A DNA stretch of 64,000 bases from Raillietiella orientalis (GCA_036172245.1 JAYWIR010000009.1:4216001-4280000); one strand, 5' to 3'; positions 1 to 15,400 are shown, counted from the stretch's first letter. Made by a program: numbers and translations. Notes: generated by a model not told the origin, from the letters alone.

Positions 1-764
1 AATCGAAAATGAAAGCAACCCAATTACAAATTCGTATAGCTTACAAATGCAGCCAGCTTCTAAAGCACTGACAATTTTCCTTTTAACAGTTTTCCAAAAC
101 TAAAACATCATTTGCTTAGGACAACCTACTTAAGATTAATATCATTCGTGAATCCAATGCACTTACAAAAAAAAAAGATCCTTGCCTTTCTACTAATTTT
201 TAATAGAGGAGACCACCTAAAATGAGATAACACTCTGGTGTTCACATCTGCCTCATGGATTGCCACTGTGCAAAATGACATGATAAATGTTATTTCTTAA
301 TCATGCATGTGATAATCACAAGAATGAGAAAAGAATGATGCAACTTTAATACCTGTGTAATTACCATATCAAAAATATGTCATGTCAAATATTGAAAATA
401 CGAGAAAATATAAGTGAATGAACAATAAATGGAATCATTTACTTTCATTGTTCATGTGTGACAATTCACTAAACAAATACCACATATGAATGTGAAGCTG
501 GTCTTTAAATAAAACAGGAGATCAAACCTATTCTCCTGTACATATTTAAAGAACCAAAAACTAAAATGGAAGCTTTATTAGGTAAATTTTTTCCTATGAA
601 TTCGAAATTTTTTTCATAATTTCAAGCTGCCTCTTTAAAGACAAAAAATTGGGAGAGAAGGGGGGGGAACTTCTCAAATATTTCCATTCAGAAAGTAGAT
701 TACGTTATTATACTAATGATAAAATGCAATTTATCTCATTTTTATGCAAATTAAAAACAATTAC

Positions 765-3175
765 CTATCATTATCTAAAATATAATGTACAATTATTTTC
801 GAATTAACTATTGCAATTTTTTTCACACACTGTTGTTCACAGTGCACACATCTTCTACATTGACTACAGGATTTGAGAAACTCTCTTCCAAGATTTTTAA
901 TGTATAAGCCTTCTGATTTTCCAGACATCCAATTTACTTGTTTTCTACCTGATCCGTATGCATAATTAAAATTCTTGTGTATGATTATAAACCTACCATT
1001 AGTACTTTTGTTTATATATTTTTTCAAATAATTATGAAGTGCTGACAATGTCTCAAAAGAAAGTTGTTTCGAATTAAACTTTGGAAACTGGAAATGGGCT
1101 GTTTCACCTTCAGTAGATTCCAGCTCCAAAGGTGTCTCTTGGTGGACAATTTGCTTTATGATTCCTGGAATTTCTTCACTTTCTTTTATACATCCACTTT
1201 TTAGCAGTTTTATTTGTGCTAGAAATTGCAATTTCGAATAATCTAGAAATTAAGAAAAAGTATAAAGGATGCCAAATAAATTGACAAAAATACCTGATGC
1301 TTTTAATGAAAAGCATGATAAACAAGTTGCTTCCAAAATCTGAATAACAGAATGACGAAAAAGTGGATTTATAGTAGGTAAGGGTAACTCTATCAATCCA
1401 AAATGTCCTGTGCAATTTAAATCCGTCTGCTTACAAGTTTCACATATACCATATTTATAGCTGCTGGGACCTTTACAAATTACAATATTGAAATCAAATT
1501 TGAGTGGCCATAAATAAGTCACATTTAATGGACAAACAAGTAAAGAAAATTGTCAACAAAATGCATCTCAATGTTTAGAAGTAAAAGAATGAATAAAGGT
1601 ATTCGTGCACGGAAAACTATGGCATTCTCAAATTTCTCAACTTGCACCTATTTTGTGCATCACTTATTGTATGTAAATTCAAATTCGTATGTTTGAAAAA
1701 GATAAAAAAAACATCCAGAAATCACACCACTAGGCTTACATGACAATTATGATAGTAACTTATGTCATATTGCTTTTATCAATGTTCACAAGACTGATAA
1801 AAACATAACTTCCATGTGAATATTTTTACATTGAAAATATCAAAATTACTGTAGATCCTCAGAAAAAATATCTAAATGTTGACTCCAATGTGAATCATTT
1901 TTTCACTGATTTTGGGAATCTTTAGAAATTTTACTAATTCAAATTCACTCAAGAATGCTCCCAAAACAAACTCCATAAACTAAACATATTTTAAATGTCA
2001 ATTGTCATTAATCATTTTGGGACAACTACTATACTCCACAATTCTTACATCACAGAATCTACAGAACTAGTCAAAATTTACCCTCAATTCTAGATTCATC
2101 AAGAAAATCCTTTAATTCTGTTTATTCAAAGGGTCAGTCCCGTAAACTATTAAATTTATACGTATTTGACTACCAAATCTATCAATGAATCACAAAAATT
2201 ATGGGTTCTGGTCACATGGATTTCATGCATATTCTTGTTTTTTAACTGTAAAATGCAAAGTTTAATGCATATTTTACAAACAAAAACCAAAAACATGCAA
2301 ACAAAACCTTTATCATTACAGCTGACATAAAGACATTTCAAAAAAAAATACATCTTCACAATAATGATAATAACCACATCATAATGTAAGTAATTTTCCA
2401 AAAAGGTTAACTCCATACATAAAATTAAAGAAATATAGTGCTCCAATTTATACTGCCATTCAAAGTCCAAGTCTATCAGCATGAAATCTGAGCATGCTGA
2501 TTTGAATCAAACCATCACACTTTTCTCATGCCACAATATGCTGATCATTGATAAAATCATGAATGTAAGAATACGATTACACAAAAAGTCTTCTCCAACC
2601 TAAATGAAACCAAAACGAATCAATAACCAACAATTTGATCCATCTACCATCCAATCAACCATATTATCCGAGGGATTTCCTGACCAATAAAACAGCTATA
2701 CATGATGAATGATTTAAAATCCAATTTTACTTCCCAGTTTTAGAAAGAATTTTTGAAGTTTAAACGCTTGCTTACAATTCGATGAGACGAATTCCACATT
2801 CACAGGATATTCTGTTGCACAATTCAGACTACGAAAGCCGAAACATAAACAATATGATTTAAGCATCTCAAGGAAGGATAGTGCAACTGTGATATTTATT
2901 TCGGTTGGAATTACACATTGAGTTAATTAAAATCGAGACACTCAAATTCGCTTTTAATACAAACACTGAGTTAGCATACCCATTCTTAAATCGTACAGCC
3001 CTGATGTTGTAGGATGACTTAAGGCATCAAGTGGTAATGGATTTTCCACTTTTAAAACGGATAATTTCTTAATTTCATCATTATCGTATGTACTAAAAGA
3101 AATCTTTGATAGTTGTGAGGCATAACTGTCATTGCTTATTGAAAACGAATGGCATTTCAAATAACTTGCTATCAT
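765..3175 (-). CDS. POLR1A: DNA-directed RNA polymerase I largest subunit, 5' part (gene continues toward and past the left edge of the window)
   Basis: Predicted exons 3175-2980, 1470-1294 and 1242-765, with a possible in-frame 48-nt intron at 949-996. GT-AG boundaries are in matching phase. The translation shows RPA1 N-terminal motifs ISFSTYDNDEIKKLSV, GLYDLRMGP, zinc ribbon CETC...CTGHFGLIELPLP, INPLF...ATCLSC and a second CxxC (CVHC). Exons left of 765 could not be assigned reliably. Confidence 0.9.
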
Positions 3176-6100
3176 TTTGCACAACTTGAAAGACACATCC
3201 ACAAGTTCAGTTGACCACTACATCATTACCATGTGCTCATTTCTCTCATGCTTTCGTATGGAATACCAAGTACCGTTTGCAGCTATTTTAAAGAAAACGC
3301 TTTCCATTAGTTTCATGTTAAAAGAAATAGAGAATTTATATATTCGATAATACAAGTTTCTTCTTCACCAAACACATTCCAAACTGCTTATGAAACCTTC
3401 AAGTATTTTCGTATTAGAGGTAAACTCCTATCCTTATGGTGATACTGTCAAATTTTTTTAACACGGTAAGAATTGGGGTTCATGAAATACTCACGTATTG
3501 AACAAATTGGAAGGTCACATAATTAAAAATAAAACAATGATATGTTTTAAATTAGAAACAAAGCTTTCTGAATAGTAACTATATATCTCTTGTGTAATCA
3601 AAAGTACATTTATCGTGGTTATCTCTTAATCACGTAATACCACAGACTAGCTTATACCATATGTCTACCACATAATCTTCTGAAAAACCTCTTAGATATG
3701 CATTAATCATTTACAAAAGGTGAAAAGATTTGCATCAAATAGGCAGATTACTTATATAAAGTTTTTTTTTTTTACTGAACCATAGTATTCTAGGAGATTT
3801 TTTTTCCAATGAATTAACAGAAGCAAAACTATGTTCCTGAAATAAAAAGGGAAATTTAATTGCTAATTCACAAAAACAAACTGTGTGATCACTACTTACT
3901 AAGTAATAAAGCGAGTGAAAATCACCTTAAGAGTTTTTTTTTTCTGATCCATTGGAAATCTACAGTTCAAAGTTATTTTGTCTTTGAGGATAGCTGCGGA
4001 CGCAGATTCACTCTCCTGTATAAAAGGAATGTAATCATTAAGTATTCTTATGTGGTCTATTAGTCCATTAGTCTTTTCACAAACACAAAGAATGTTCTGG
4101 CTAGAATGCAATTCTAGGCTCTGTGACTTTTTTAAATTATGAACTTTTTAACATGCATACATTCCTCTCATACCAACTCTTCGTACATTGATATCTATCA
4201 TAAGGATATTATCAAAAAAGAAAACAATGATTTCGTATGGGCTGAAGAACAAGCACTAATCATCACAACCTTTGATTTAGATAATGATTATTATTGTGCT
4301 TCATTTTTCTGAGGCAAATCAGAAATCATGATTTTATTTTTCTTGTTCCAAGAATGCATGGCTGAAGATACATAGTCTTTCTAAGATACATCTGTTCTTC
4401 CTCACTTGAAATAGGAGAATCAAGCACTATCAAAGTTTGCACCAAGAATTGTATCTTGAGAGCTTTTATATGATTCCTAAATGAATTATCGTTGATATTA
4501 CCGTAAATTGTTCAAAAGATTAGATAGAGATTACACAGTAGATTAGATAGAGATTAAGCAGCAGTATGGATTAAACAGTAGATTAATCTACAACTAAATA
4601 TTTGAAAATCGTTTCTTTCTTGCTCATCCTCATAATGATGCAGAACGTTTTCCCCTTTAATGGTTTCTCCTGGTTCGGAGCGGACGGACACTTATCCGCA
4701 ATCATACTCGAATAATGCTGAGGGTATTATTCTAGTACCTGTTTCATCACATTAGAAAGAAACAGCATTTCTGTCATGACATGCTTCAATTTGTTAGCTT
4801 AAAGATTCTGAATCATATTTTCGGTTGCCAACAGCTTTATAGAATCCATTGTATTTTCACTCGGGACTGGAATGTTTTAAATAGAAAATTCCACATAGGT
4901 TTATTTTCCCTTTTTTATATTACTTGTGTACCATAGTTACTGTGAAATCAACTTTAAAGTGTTCTCATGTTAATTTTTATTTAAAATTTCCAATGTTCAG
5001 AGTATTTATTTTTGTTTTACTCGCGTTTTCACTAGGGGGGAAAAGAATTCAGCTCGCTGAGGTTTTTTTTTTTTTTAGAAGATTTCATTTGTTCACTTTA
5101 ATGATGACTGCAGAAGCATTTTTTAAATGCAACTCTGTCAATGAAATCTAAGTGAAGCCTAGCATAAACACTTTCGGCGTGTTGAACGGAAAGCAATTTC
5201 TTGTTATTGCTGGAATATTTACCAAACTTTCGATAAAAACATCCGCCTTGTTTAAAATATGATAAAATACTGGTGTGGGAAGGGGCATTGTGCTGTCATT
5301 ACTCTAGCTGCTTGTGTTTTATTTGCTATTCTAAAAAATTGGGTATGCAGAACCAGCTGCATTCGTAGGCAGCATGAAGGAATTTCTTACTGTTTTGATG
5401 CAGGAAACGTTGGTCTGCTTCGGGATTGCTCAAAGAGTAGCCTATTTCCAGATAATGTGTTGGATTTGGAATATCAGCTTGCAAAAATATAGCAGCTTTC
5501 TGCGAAAGACAGTACTCTGCTTGATTGCACTTTCAGCCGAGGTACTACATTCATCTTGCTTTCTCTCATTTAATTGCAGTCATTAGCCAGATCCAATTAC
5601 ATTAGGATATTGTTTCCTATTTATTGTTTGTTCATTGCAAGAATGAGGAAAAAAAAAATTCGAAACGGTAAACACTCCAGCTCATAGGCATCACATGAAG
5701 ACTGAAACGTTTTCTTTCGATTCTAAATTTAAATCGTAAAATCAGTGTTGCTTTTTGGTCCCAAAGAAATTTGATTTTTGTTTTCATCGTATACGTGATG
5801 CCTCCTCGTGTAAAAAGATTGCTGTTTTTCTTGCAAAGTTTGTACCGCCAGTATAATTATTTCAGCACAGATATTTATACAGCTTTTCATTAAGTTTCAA
5901 CGAACTCGAAATGAAACGATCTTGTTTCCGTAATTTTTTTCTTTGAGTGAACCAACTGATTTTATAACAAAGCACTTTGATAAAATTGCTTTATTATAAT
6001 CGTATGCTCTACATGCTTTATTGTTTCCATGTTTTTGAAACTGATAGGTTGCATTGCGTTCGGAATGCAAAATCAAGCGGAGCAATCAGCGCTTTGTGGA

Positions 6101-6415
6101 CTTAGGAGATATGTGTAAAAAGTGTATTGAAAAGCACACTCTGAAGAAGTGTTTCATTTATTTTATTTTGGTTTACAAAAATTGTTGCTTTCCCACATAC
6201 GTACAAAGTTGATAAAAGTCTGTGCATCGAATCGAAGGACTGATATTTCAAGAAATGATTTGATTGTCAGTTAGGAAGTTTTTCTAGTGTATAAGCTTTA
6301 ATAGTAGTCATGATTTAATACATGAAATTGTTGCGTCCCCAGTCCGTATCTGAAGAAATTTATATAGGCCTTGTTTGCAGTAACTAACTAACTAAATATA
6401 TACCTAGAAAAGGAA

Positions 6416-9400
6416 ATGGCGTCCTCTACAGAATCTGTCCACTCCAAGGCTACTTTTGCTGTGGTTTGTTCCTTTTTACAAGAATTTGGTAGCAAGTGTG
6501 GATTAGATTATTATACCATAGAAAATTTGCAGTACATGCTGGAAGATAGTTCCTATCGTAAGTTGAAAAATTACCAATTAATGCTTAGGATTAGTTAAAT
6601 GGAATGTCCTAAATGGACTATAACTTTATTATTAAAGTTCGGCCACATTAATTTTATAATTTGCCTTAGCAATAAATTGGCAATGTGTGGCTAGGCATCC
6701 AGCCATCTATTAAAAAGGGTTGTGTATCAATTACAGTGTTTTTGTGTGTTGTTTCGATCTTAAGTTTTGTGGGAAAGGAAGTGGGACAAAAAACAAATTT
6801 GGAAATAGAAATGTTGTCTATGATACGTTAGCTTTGTGGAAAACAGCAATTTTCTGATTTCATTTCTTGCACTGTCAGTAAAATATAACTGGAGATCTCT
6901 CCAAATTTTTGTTGCCTATGTAAATCAGTTGCCAAATCATGAAATGTTGTTGGTCTGAGAATTTTATTTTGATCATTGTATGTTTCGTTTTAGTGAAGCA
7001 AGAACTTGTTGATCTACATGTGAGATTGTTAAGAAAATGCAAAAAAAATGTGAGGCCAGATCATTGGGAAAAAGCTTTAATTAAGTACTGCTATACTTAC
7101 TCTTATCAAGATGGATGGGAAATTGAAAAATTCGGTTATAAAAAAGCGAAATTAAATATCAAGCTTAATATTTTAAAGGTTAGTTACCACATGCTGGCAT
7201 TATTTATTGTAAAGTTTATTCTATGCATTAACTTAAGTTAGATTGACCCATCTTGACTTTGCAGTACATGAAGAACACAGATTTTGCACAATTATTTTGA
7301 TATCGATTTTTTTATCAAGGCATGATGAAAAAATCGAAAATGAAATGCCATTGTTTACTTTTCTAAAACAGTATCAGAAGGTTTTGTGTAAAGATTATGT
7401 TTGTAGAAACTTTTTCTTTTTTCAAGTTTAAATGCACATGAGAAGAAGAGTGCTGTTTTTGAATATGATTTGTTTTATCAATGGCATTTGTAATGATGAT
7501 TGCTGATTACAAAGGATGGCATTGATCAGTCAATTAGAAACTCACTTCTGAAATGTACCCATCTGCATACACCTTTCTTTAGATACTTGCAGAGATTATT
7601 TGTTTACATACATTTTCATACTTGTAATATTGATTGCCATTTTAACATATGTAAAGTGCAATTCGTGTTTCCCATAAAGTGCAGTACTGAAATAATGGAT
7701 GGAGATAATTTCCATTCCTTACGTAGTCAAAAGTTTTTGTTTCAATTGACATGTTTTGTAAATGAATGGAACATCTCTAGTTGTGTTGCATTATTTTTGA
7801 AAGCAGCAGAAAATGTCAAAATCACGCTTAACTAAAGCCCGATTGGTTGTTAAAATGAATTGTAGACCTTATTTCTACTAGGATTTCTACCTTGGACTTT
7901 TAGAAAATTCCACACCATAGATAGATTTTAGCATTCCATTTTATTTTTTAGGTCTTAGATATGATGACTTAATGAAAATATATTGAATATTTTTGACATC
8001 ATCATTATTATTACTTGTGTCTTTGCATCTGACAGAATAGCATTTATTAGTTTAAGTCTGTCTTTGATTGTTGGTTCACAGTTAGCTGCCAATTCATGAA
8101 ACTGTAAAGCAATATGATGTATGTAGTTCATTATGTTTGTGGTGAACATTGCAGTTGAGTAAACTTTCCATTTGTGACTTTTTGAAGTTACAGGAATGCT
8201 GCGTGCAGATTTCCATGAAAACAGAATATCTGATAATTTGGTGACATCGTATTTCATTTGATATGTCAAACCAAGTGTATTGTACTTGTGCAGTTTTTTC
8301 TGGGAACAGTGCTGCTTCATTTTCAAAAAATTAGGACAAGAAAAATGCATTCTATTCATGAAAATTTGATGCTAAAATATTTATGAAAGTATATTAGCCA
8401 TATTTTTTGGCTTCAAAACTTCAGTTTAGGATAAAAGTAAATCATGCATTTTATGTTAAATTTATCCCTGACAAGAAAGACTAACTTCTTCACTCAAAAT
8501 TGCACATCTCTGAGATTAAGTAGTATATGTCTGAAATTATTTTAGAATCTAATGGAAGCACAGTTTGATTACAATCAGAAATTCAAGAATGAAATAAATA
8601 AAATTAGTGCATCAGAACTGAGGTTGAAGCCCCTTGGAAGAGACAAACAAGGAAATCAGTTTTGGATGCAGGTTGATTTTGACTGCAATATCAGAATATA
8701 TAAAGAAGATGCAGATGATGAAGCATGGAATCTGGTAGCTAGGTATGCCAATGTTTTGAAACTTTAGTATAAGTGGCATTTGTGCATATAGTGAATGAGT
8801 TTTGATGCTAATCTTTTTCATTCTTCCTTTGTTAGAGATTATGATCAGTTTACAAAATTAATATTCCAACTACAAGAAGATTTTCACAGTACTTTTTTGG
8901 TTGATAAGATAGATTCGTGTAGTGTGAATATGCAAAAAAATGAAGATGATCATAAAACCTCTTTGAAGCTTACTGTTGAAAGTGTTTCTCCATCATCACC
9001 TAATATCTACAAATCTACCTATTCTGAAATCATTGAAAGTGTAAAGGATAATTCCGATTGCCAGGTCAATTGTGAAAAAATAAATACTTTGGTCAATGCA
9101 TCGGATATCAAAGGTAGGTTTCATAACATGTACACCCTAATATTGTATCCTAAATAGCAGAGAACTCACTAAAAGAAGTAAAATTTGATTCTTCTCCTGT
9201 TCCTTCTTCTGAATCAGTTGAAGGTTTATTTAACTTAAAAGAACCTGGGAGCCCATGTAATACAAAAAATGATGTCACAGAGACAATTGTGAAAGAGGAG
9301 CTTCACCCAGAAAGTCAACTTGAAAAGAATTCGTTGGCCATTCAACAAGATATCACTGTTGATTTCAGGGAAAGTATTCAGTTAATGGAGACAGCTTGTT

Positions 9401-12400
9401 TGGATGAAAAAACAAAATCTCATGAACCACAAGATGGTGCTGCAGCTTCAGGTAAAGTTTCATGAAGTTGTCTTGTTAATTAAATTAAGATAACAAGTAA
9501 CAAACAAATACAAATATGCCGATTAATAAAATAAAGATATGACTTAAATTTTGTAGGATTCAGCAGTTAATGTTTCCATATTTTTATTTTCACACTCACT
9601 GTTTGTTTGAATAGAAAATCAGCCCTAAAATCTCCATCTGGGTCAGCAATGTTCGATGGTTGGGAGACAGTTTTTCCTGCAAATTTATCATATATCAATG
9701 ATGCAATTTTAAAATATTTATAGTATTAGATTCAGAATTAGAGTTACTAATTGTCAAAGCATTGATTTTCCTTTTGTGGGAATTCTTTTAAGTGTATATG
9801 TCATGCATATTTGCCTTTTCATGTGTGTGTATTATTACCACAATGGATATTATCAATATGTGTGGATTGCGTTTTATTCAGTTATCTAGTTTTCCATTTT
9901 GATGGCAGTTGTAACACTTGGAATCACCCAGCAAAGCCCTCTTTGACTTTTGTATTTTGCTATTTAATCCATTAATGACTACTTGCTTATTAATACATCA
10001 TAATGATCACGTTCTCACTAAATTTGTTACAAGTTTATTTTCAAAACATGCATTTAACTTGGATTGAACAGGTTTTCAAGTACTGGGATCTGAATATTAG
10101 ACAATGTAGCATAATATTAGACAATGTTTTTTTTTTTCATGTTGAAAGTAAAAAATTCCTTCAAGTTATAATTTAGCCATTGGGTATATGTGTAAAGGAT
10201 CATGAAGGATTTTACATCAAGTTTGTGAAACTGATTTCTGTTTGTGTATTTACAAAAATGGATTGTTTTATTGTGGTTCACATTTTGTTTCTGAAACCTT
10301 GCAAGAGAGACATGTTGAAAACATATGGATCTTAGTATTTTGAAAGATGTTGTCTGTTTATGTTAAATTGTTTGATGTATTGCATGCATTTGTGTTGGTA
10401 TCTGTTCTGAACTTCAGGACTGTAATATTTTTGTCTTATGTGTAATACCATGTTTTATGACAAAGTTCTCAGACAATTTTCTTCCTTCTAATTTTTATTG
10501 TTTTTGCAAAAGTTTTTTTTTTCTTTTACATATGACAGTGTCTTTTCCTATGTTGCAATCCAGATATCTCTCTGCTTGCATTCTCTCTTCAGTGGATTTT
10601 TCTGGTTTTTAATAGTGTTCTGGTCATTTTGTAATTTAATTACAACTTATGCCAACAAAATGATGGACTTGTTTTCAAGCACTGTGTTTCTTTTTATTCA
10701 AATTTTTTTTTTCCCTCCACTGCATATTTTCTAAGGTTGCTATCCAAATACGGAAATGAATTTCGGAAGCTAAAGATATTTGAAGTATTCAAAATGTAGA
10801 TGTGGCTATTACCTCATGCAAAGTGACATTTCCAGTTAATTGTTCGATTTCAGAGCAAGTGATAGCAAAATCTGGTACAGAAAGTCTTCCACGTGTTTCT
10901 GAAACTTTGGAAGTTATGACTCAGTCTCCCTCTGTGAAAAAGGAATTAGATCCTGCAGATCAAAAAGAAATCAAAGAAGCATCCAGTTTTTGTAGAGATG
11001 ATGATGATATTACAACTAGTTTTATGTCAATGTTGACTCCTGAAATGGAGACTCCAGAGTGCAATGCTGATTCTATAAATGAGATTCTGCAGAGTGAGAA
11101 TGATCAAAACAAATTTGTTGTTTGAATAATTCATTATTTATTGTTTAGCAGCTGTTGTACAGACGGCATCAAGTGCAGCATCAAGTGATGTGGAAACAGA
11201 GTTTCAGTTTCCTAGCGAAAATAAAGGAGCAAGTGATTCTTCTAGCAATAGCACTTATGCCAGTAATCAAGGCAAGTGATGAAAGAACATTTCATTATTA
11301 AGTCATAAATATGCATTTTCAAGTCAAGTGCAACATAAATTTGAGAAATACATACTAAATCAGGTGCTAAATTAAATGAATGAAATTTTATTCTATTTAA
11401 TAGATATCGCAAACAAAAGAATCATTCCATGTAGGCATGATGTGAACAGTGTGAACAGTATCTCGATACCAATTTCACCATCTAGCTTAAAAAATGATCC
11501 AGATAGAGCAGATTTGTTGGAAATGAATCAAACTGATCATTTAGAGAAAACCAGCACGAGCATTTCCTCTTTGGAACATGTGCAAAAAGGAGATAATATA
11601 GAAGATTTCACAAGTAGTAGTGGTAATAAAAAAAAATTTTCGCAGTTAAAGTAATTGTTGATGATTAACAAAATAATCGTCGCTTTTATGTTGATATAGT
11701 GATCTGAATTATATTTATGTATTTTCAGAAGTGAATGATATGCAAATTAGAACAGTGAATTTAGACCTTGAAGAAAATGTCACAGAAGAAAATGTCACAG
11801 AAGAGAATGTCACACAAGAAAATGTCTCACAGATCCAAACAGAATCAGCAGGAAATAATGAATCAAATACCAAGATGATAGCTGTAAATCCCAGTTTGGA
11901 AAAACATGATCCCTCCCAAGTTGTTTGTGGAACTGATATTGATGAAGCTATGATTAACAAGCTAGAAATAATGGAGATTTATAAAAGTACATCACAGATT
12001 TTTTCCAATCAGTGTCTTACATATGATGAACAAATTGAAAATAATATATCATCAGTAAATGAAAATTCTAGTGGGCACTATGCAGATGAAAAGGAGACTG
12101 CATCTCCAAATTGTCTAGGACAAAAGTGTCTACAGTTGGGATGTGCCGAAAATGTTTCCCTTGTTGATGGCACATTGAGCACAATTTCCAGCTCAACTCT
12201 TTTAGACACAGGTAATGCGCATAACTTGGAAAATAGTGAAAAGCCTACGTTTATCACTAATGATGACACCGAAATGAAATCGGAGTTAATTCATGAAAAT
12301 GATGACGTAGAAAAACACTTGAAACATTTGAATTTGAGTGGTGTTGAAAGCACACATTTTGAAAACCATGTTGTCACACAAGAATCATCTCAAACTGATT

Positions 12401-15400
12401 CTACAGATATTTGCAATAAGACGACTCCAGCGGAAGTAGGAAACAATGTGTCAAGTAAAGAAACTGATTATGATATAGAAAGTTATGAAAAAGAGACTGA
12501 CAATTCTTCCCCTGTTGTGGTAGTGTTTCAGGATACTTTAGAAAACAGTCCAACATCGTATTCCACAGATACACTGGACAAAATGCAAAAGATTCCCAAA
12601 AAACGTGGACGAAAAAGCATCGAAGAAAAACTTGCCGAAATGAAAAAAAATATTGTTTCTGAGGAATCATCTGGAACTAAGGAAGGTATTAATTATTTAT
12701 TTATTCATTTGTTATGAAAGAAACTGATGCATGTCTTTTGGATTATTCTGTGATACTAATTATTGATTTCTGAGTATTTGTACTGTAAAAATTTTTATTG
12801 TAATATTACATTAAACTGTCTGGATGAATGTGAATAAACTGTAAGAACATCCGATTGCATTTTGGTCATATCTTTGTTCTTGTAGCATTTTTTTATTTAT
12901 GTATACTACTTTTATAGTCAGCAGATATAACAAAAGTCTTTGGCTTTCTCAGGTTGATGTATACCTGAATACTATACATATTTTGTCTGTCCTATAGCAT
13001 TTTTTGAAACTGATGCGTTAATTGTATATAATAATTATATATTGTATAATATAATTATATATCTTTTGAATTTGGTAGCATCAGTGTAATTCCTTTTTAG
13101 TTATCCACTATCAGTGTATGATACTAGAATGGATACTTGTGTACTTCCAGTCTTTCAATTTATCGATTTTGCACTTAATTTATTATTCATTAATCTTTGT
13201 ATTAACATTGCTTCAATGATCATACCACATTATGCTGGTAACTTATTTGAAATATTGGATACTCCATTGGTTTTTGAAATCTTGCTATTCAGTTCAAATC
13301 GGATGGCTTCATTTTCACAGTATTCACTGTAAATTTATAGTGAAAAGATGCATAAACATGTTTACACTTTTCAAAGTACTTTATTGATTCCAATTAAATT
13401 CGTCGGTATAGTCATTCTCTTCAATTTGTTATGTATGTATCTTGTAAGGAAAAACATTCGTCTGTGTATTTTAACAGAAGCTTGTTTATATTGAGCATGT
13501 TTATAAAAGATAGACCAGTGGACACGGGTATGCATTTGAGAACTAGTAGCAGACTACAGGCTTTATACAAAAAACAAGAGCAGCAGAGGACAGCACAAAA
13601 TGCAAAGAGATTACATGAACTCAAACTGAAACAAATCAAAAAAGAACAAAAACAATTGAAGAAAGAAAAGGTAAGTGACATTGTATTTCTCCTATAAAAG
13701 ACAATTTTTCAGCTTCATTCACAAAATGATGGAAAACACAGTAGCAAAGTAGGTAATTTGATTTTCAGAATCTTGCAACAAATTGTGCCTATATATATTG
13801 TATTGCATGAATGCATGTGTGTTTAAAAACAAATGAGATTTTCTAATAATCATCTTTATGTTGATGATGTGTCAATACTTCTCTTTTTCTTTTTCATTGT
13901 ATTATAGAATTTACGTTATACAAAGAAAGGTAAATCGCGGAAGTCATCTAAATTTAAAAAGAAAAAGAAAAAGCAAAAGAAAATGAATGATCCCTGGTTG
14001 GATTCTTCTGGAAATAGCAGGTGAAGTTTTTAGCAGAGTTCACCTAACATTCCTTTGTGAACAAAATCTAAACAAACCTTTGGTTTCTGTAACAAATTAT
14101 AGTTTTTGAATTCATGTTATCACAGGAGTCACAAGTAAATAACACTGAAAAGTAATCCTTAAGTTAACCTCCTTATTGAACTAATCACACATCACTTTAC
14201 AGTTGATGTGCAGCATGCCAGTGTCAATGTATTGTTTAAGAAACCTATTTATTGAATGCTTATTTTACCTCTGTTATCTGTATCACTCCTAATTTTCCCC
14301 TTTTGTATTTAGTTGGCCACATATTTTCAGTTTTCTAAAACCAAAGACAAAACATTCCACTCATAGAAATATGTTATGTACACGTTCGTATTCAAGCATT
14401 ATAAATGTTTCCTGATAATTTTATTCTTTTTGTTTTTTTTTTTAAAAAAATAAGCTGTTCTGCATGCCTTATTTTTTATGAGCATTGTTTATAAGTTTCG
14501 AATGACGGAATTTGCAGTGGAAAGTTGATGTGCATTAACTTTCCACTGATGTGCACACATCTTTAATGCTCATGTTTTTAAATAATTGGGTTTTTCACTC
14601 CACTTTTCATAAATGATAACGCATGGATAAGTGCAGATGTTTAAGAAATTTGAATAAAACCCGATTTAAGGAACTGCCTTCCTGATTTTAAAGTGCATGC
14701 TGTTTGTTTTTTTTTTCTTTTTTTTGTCTGTATTTGTGATCCTCTCATCAGTAATTTTGATGGAGTCATTTGCAAATTATAATTAAAAAACTTTGCCCTA
14801 TCTTCAAAGGTATGCATGTTTTTGCTTATTGTGTTACAGGCACTACATTTGCCAAGCTCCTTTTCTGTGTGTTTGACTATGTTTTGGATGTACGTTGCTT
14901 TGTTCCATTAAATTTTACATTTTACGTTGTTGGTGCATTTGATCAGTTCCAATTGTTAGCTTTCCATCAGATATTGGCTTGTTTATGAGGTATCAGTCTA
15001 TCTAATCCAGTTGTGTGAAATAAAGATCTAATTATTATTATATTTTTTGTAAAGGAGTTTTCCATTTGGTTTGATTAACTTTTACTGGCAACTCTTGTTC
15101 TTTCTAAGCTCCAGTGTTAGTCATTCATTGTTTTGTAACATGTTTCATGATTGAAAGACAAGTTTTGTTGCAATTCTATGGTGCATGTGACACATGTATT
15201 ATTGTAGCATCTGCCATTCCTGTTTCACTAATGGTAGCTTGGAAGTGATGGGTGCACTATCATGGGCTTGTATGGAGTTTAAGAACGGCACCAATAAATA
15301 AGTGGAGTTTAGAAAAACAATAATAAATGGAATGTGGAAAAGCAGTATGTAAATGTTGATGGTCATTGTGGGAATTCTAGCAAGTGCCTTCTGCATTTCC

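Noticed and set aside
46..218. Two small exon-like segments on the minus strand downstream of RPA1 exon 3
   Set aside because: Splice signals are plausible, but the translations show no recognisable RPA1 motif, so they were left unassigned.
5259..5586. Short ORFs between RPA1 and RSF1
   Set aside because: No recognisable domain or splice structure.
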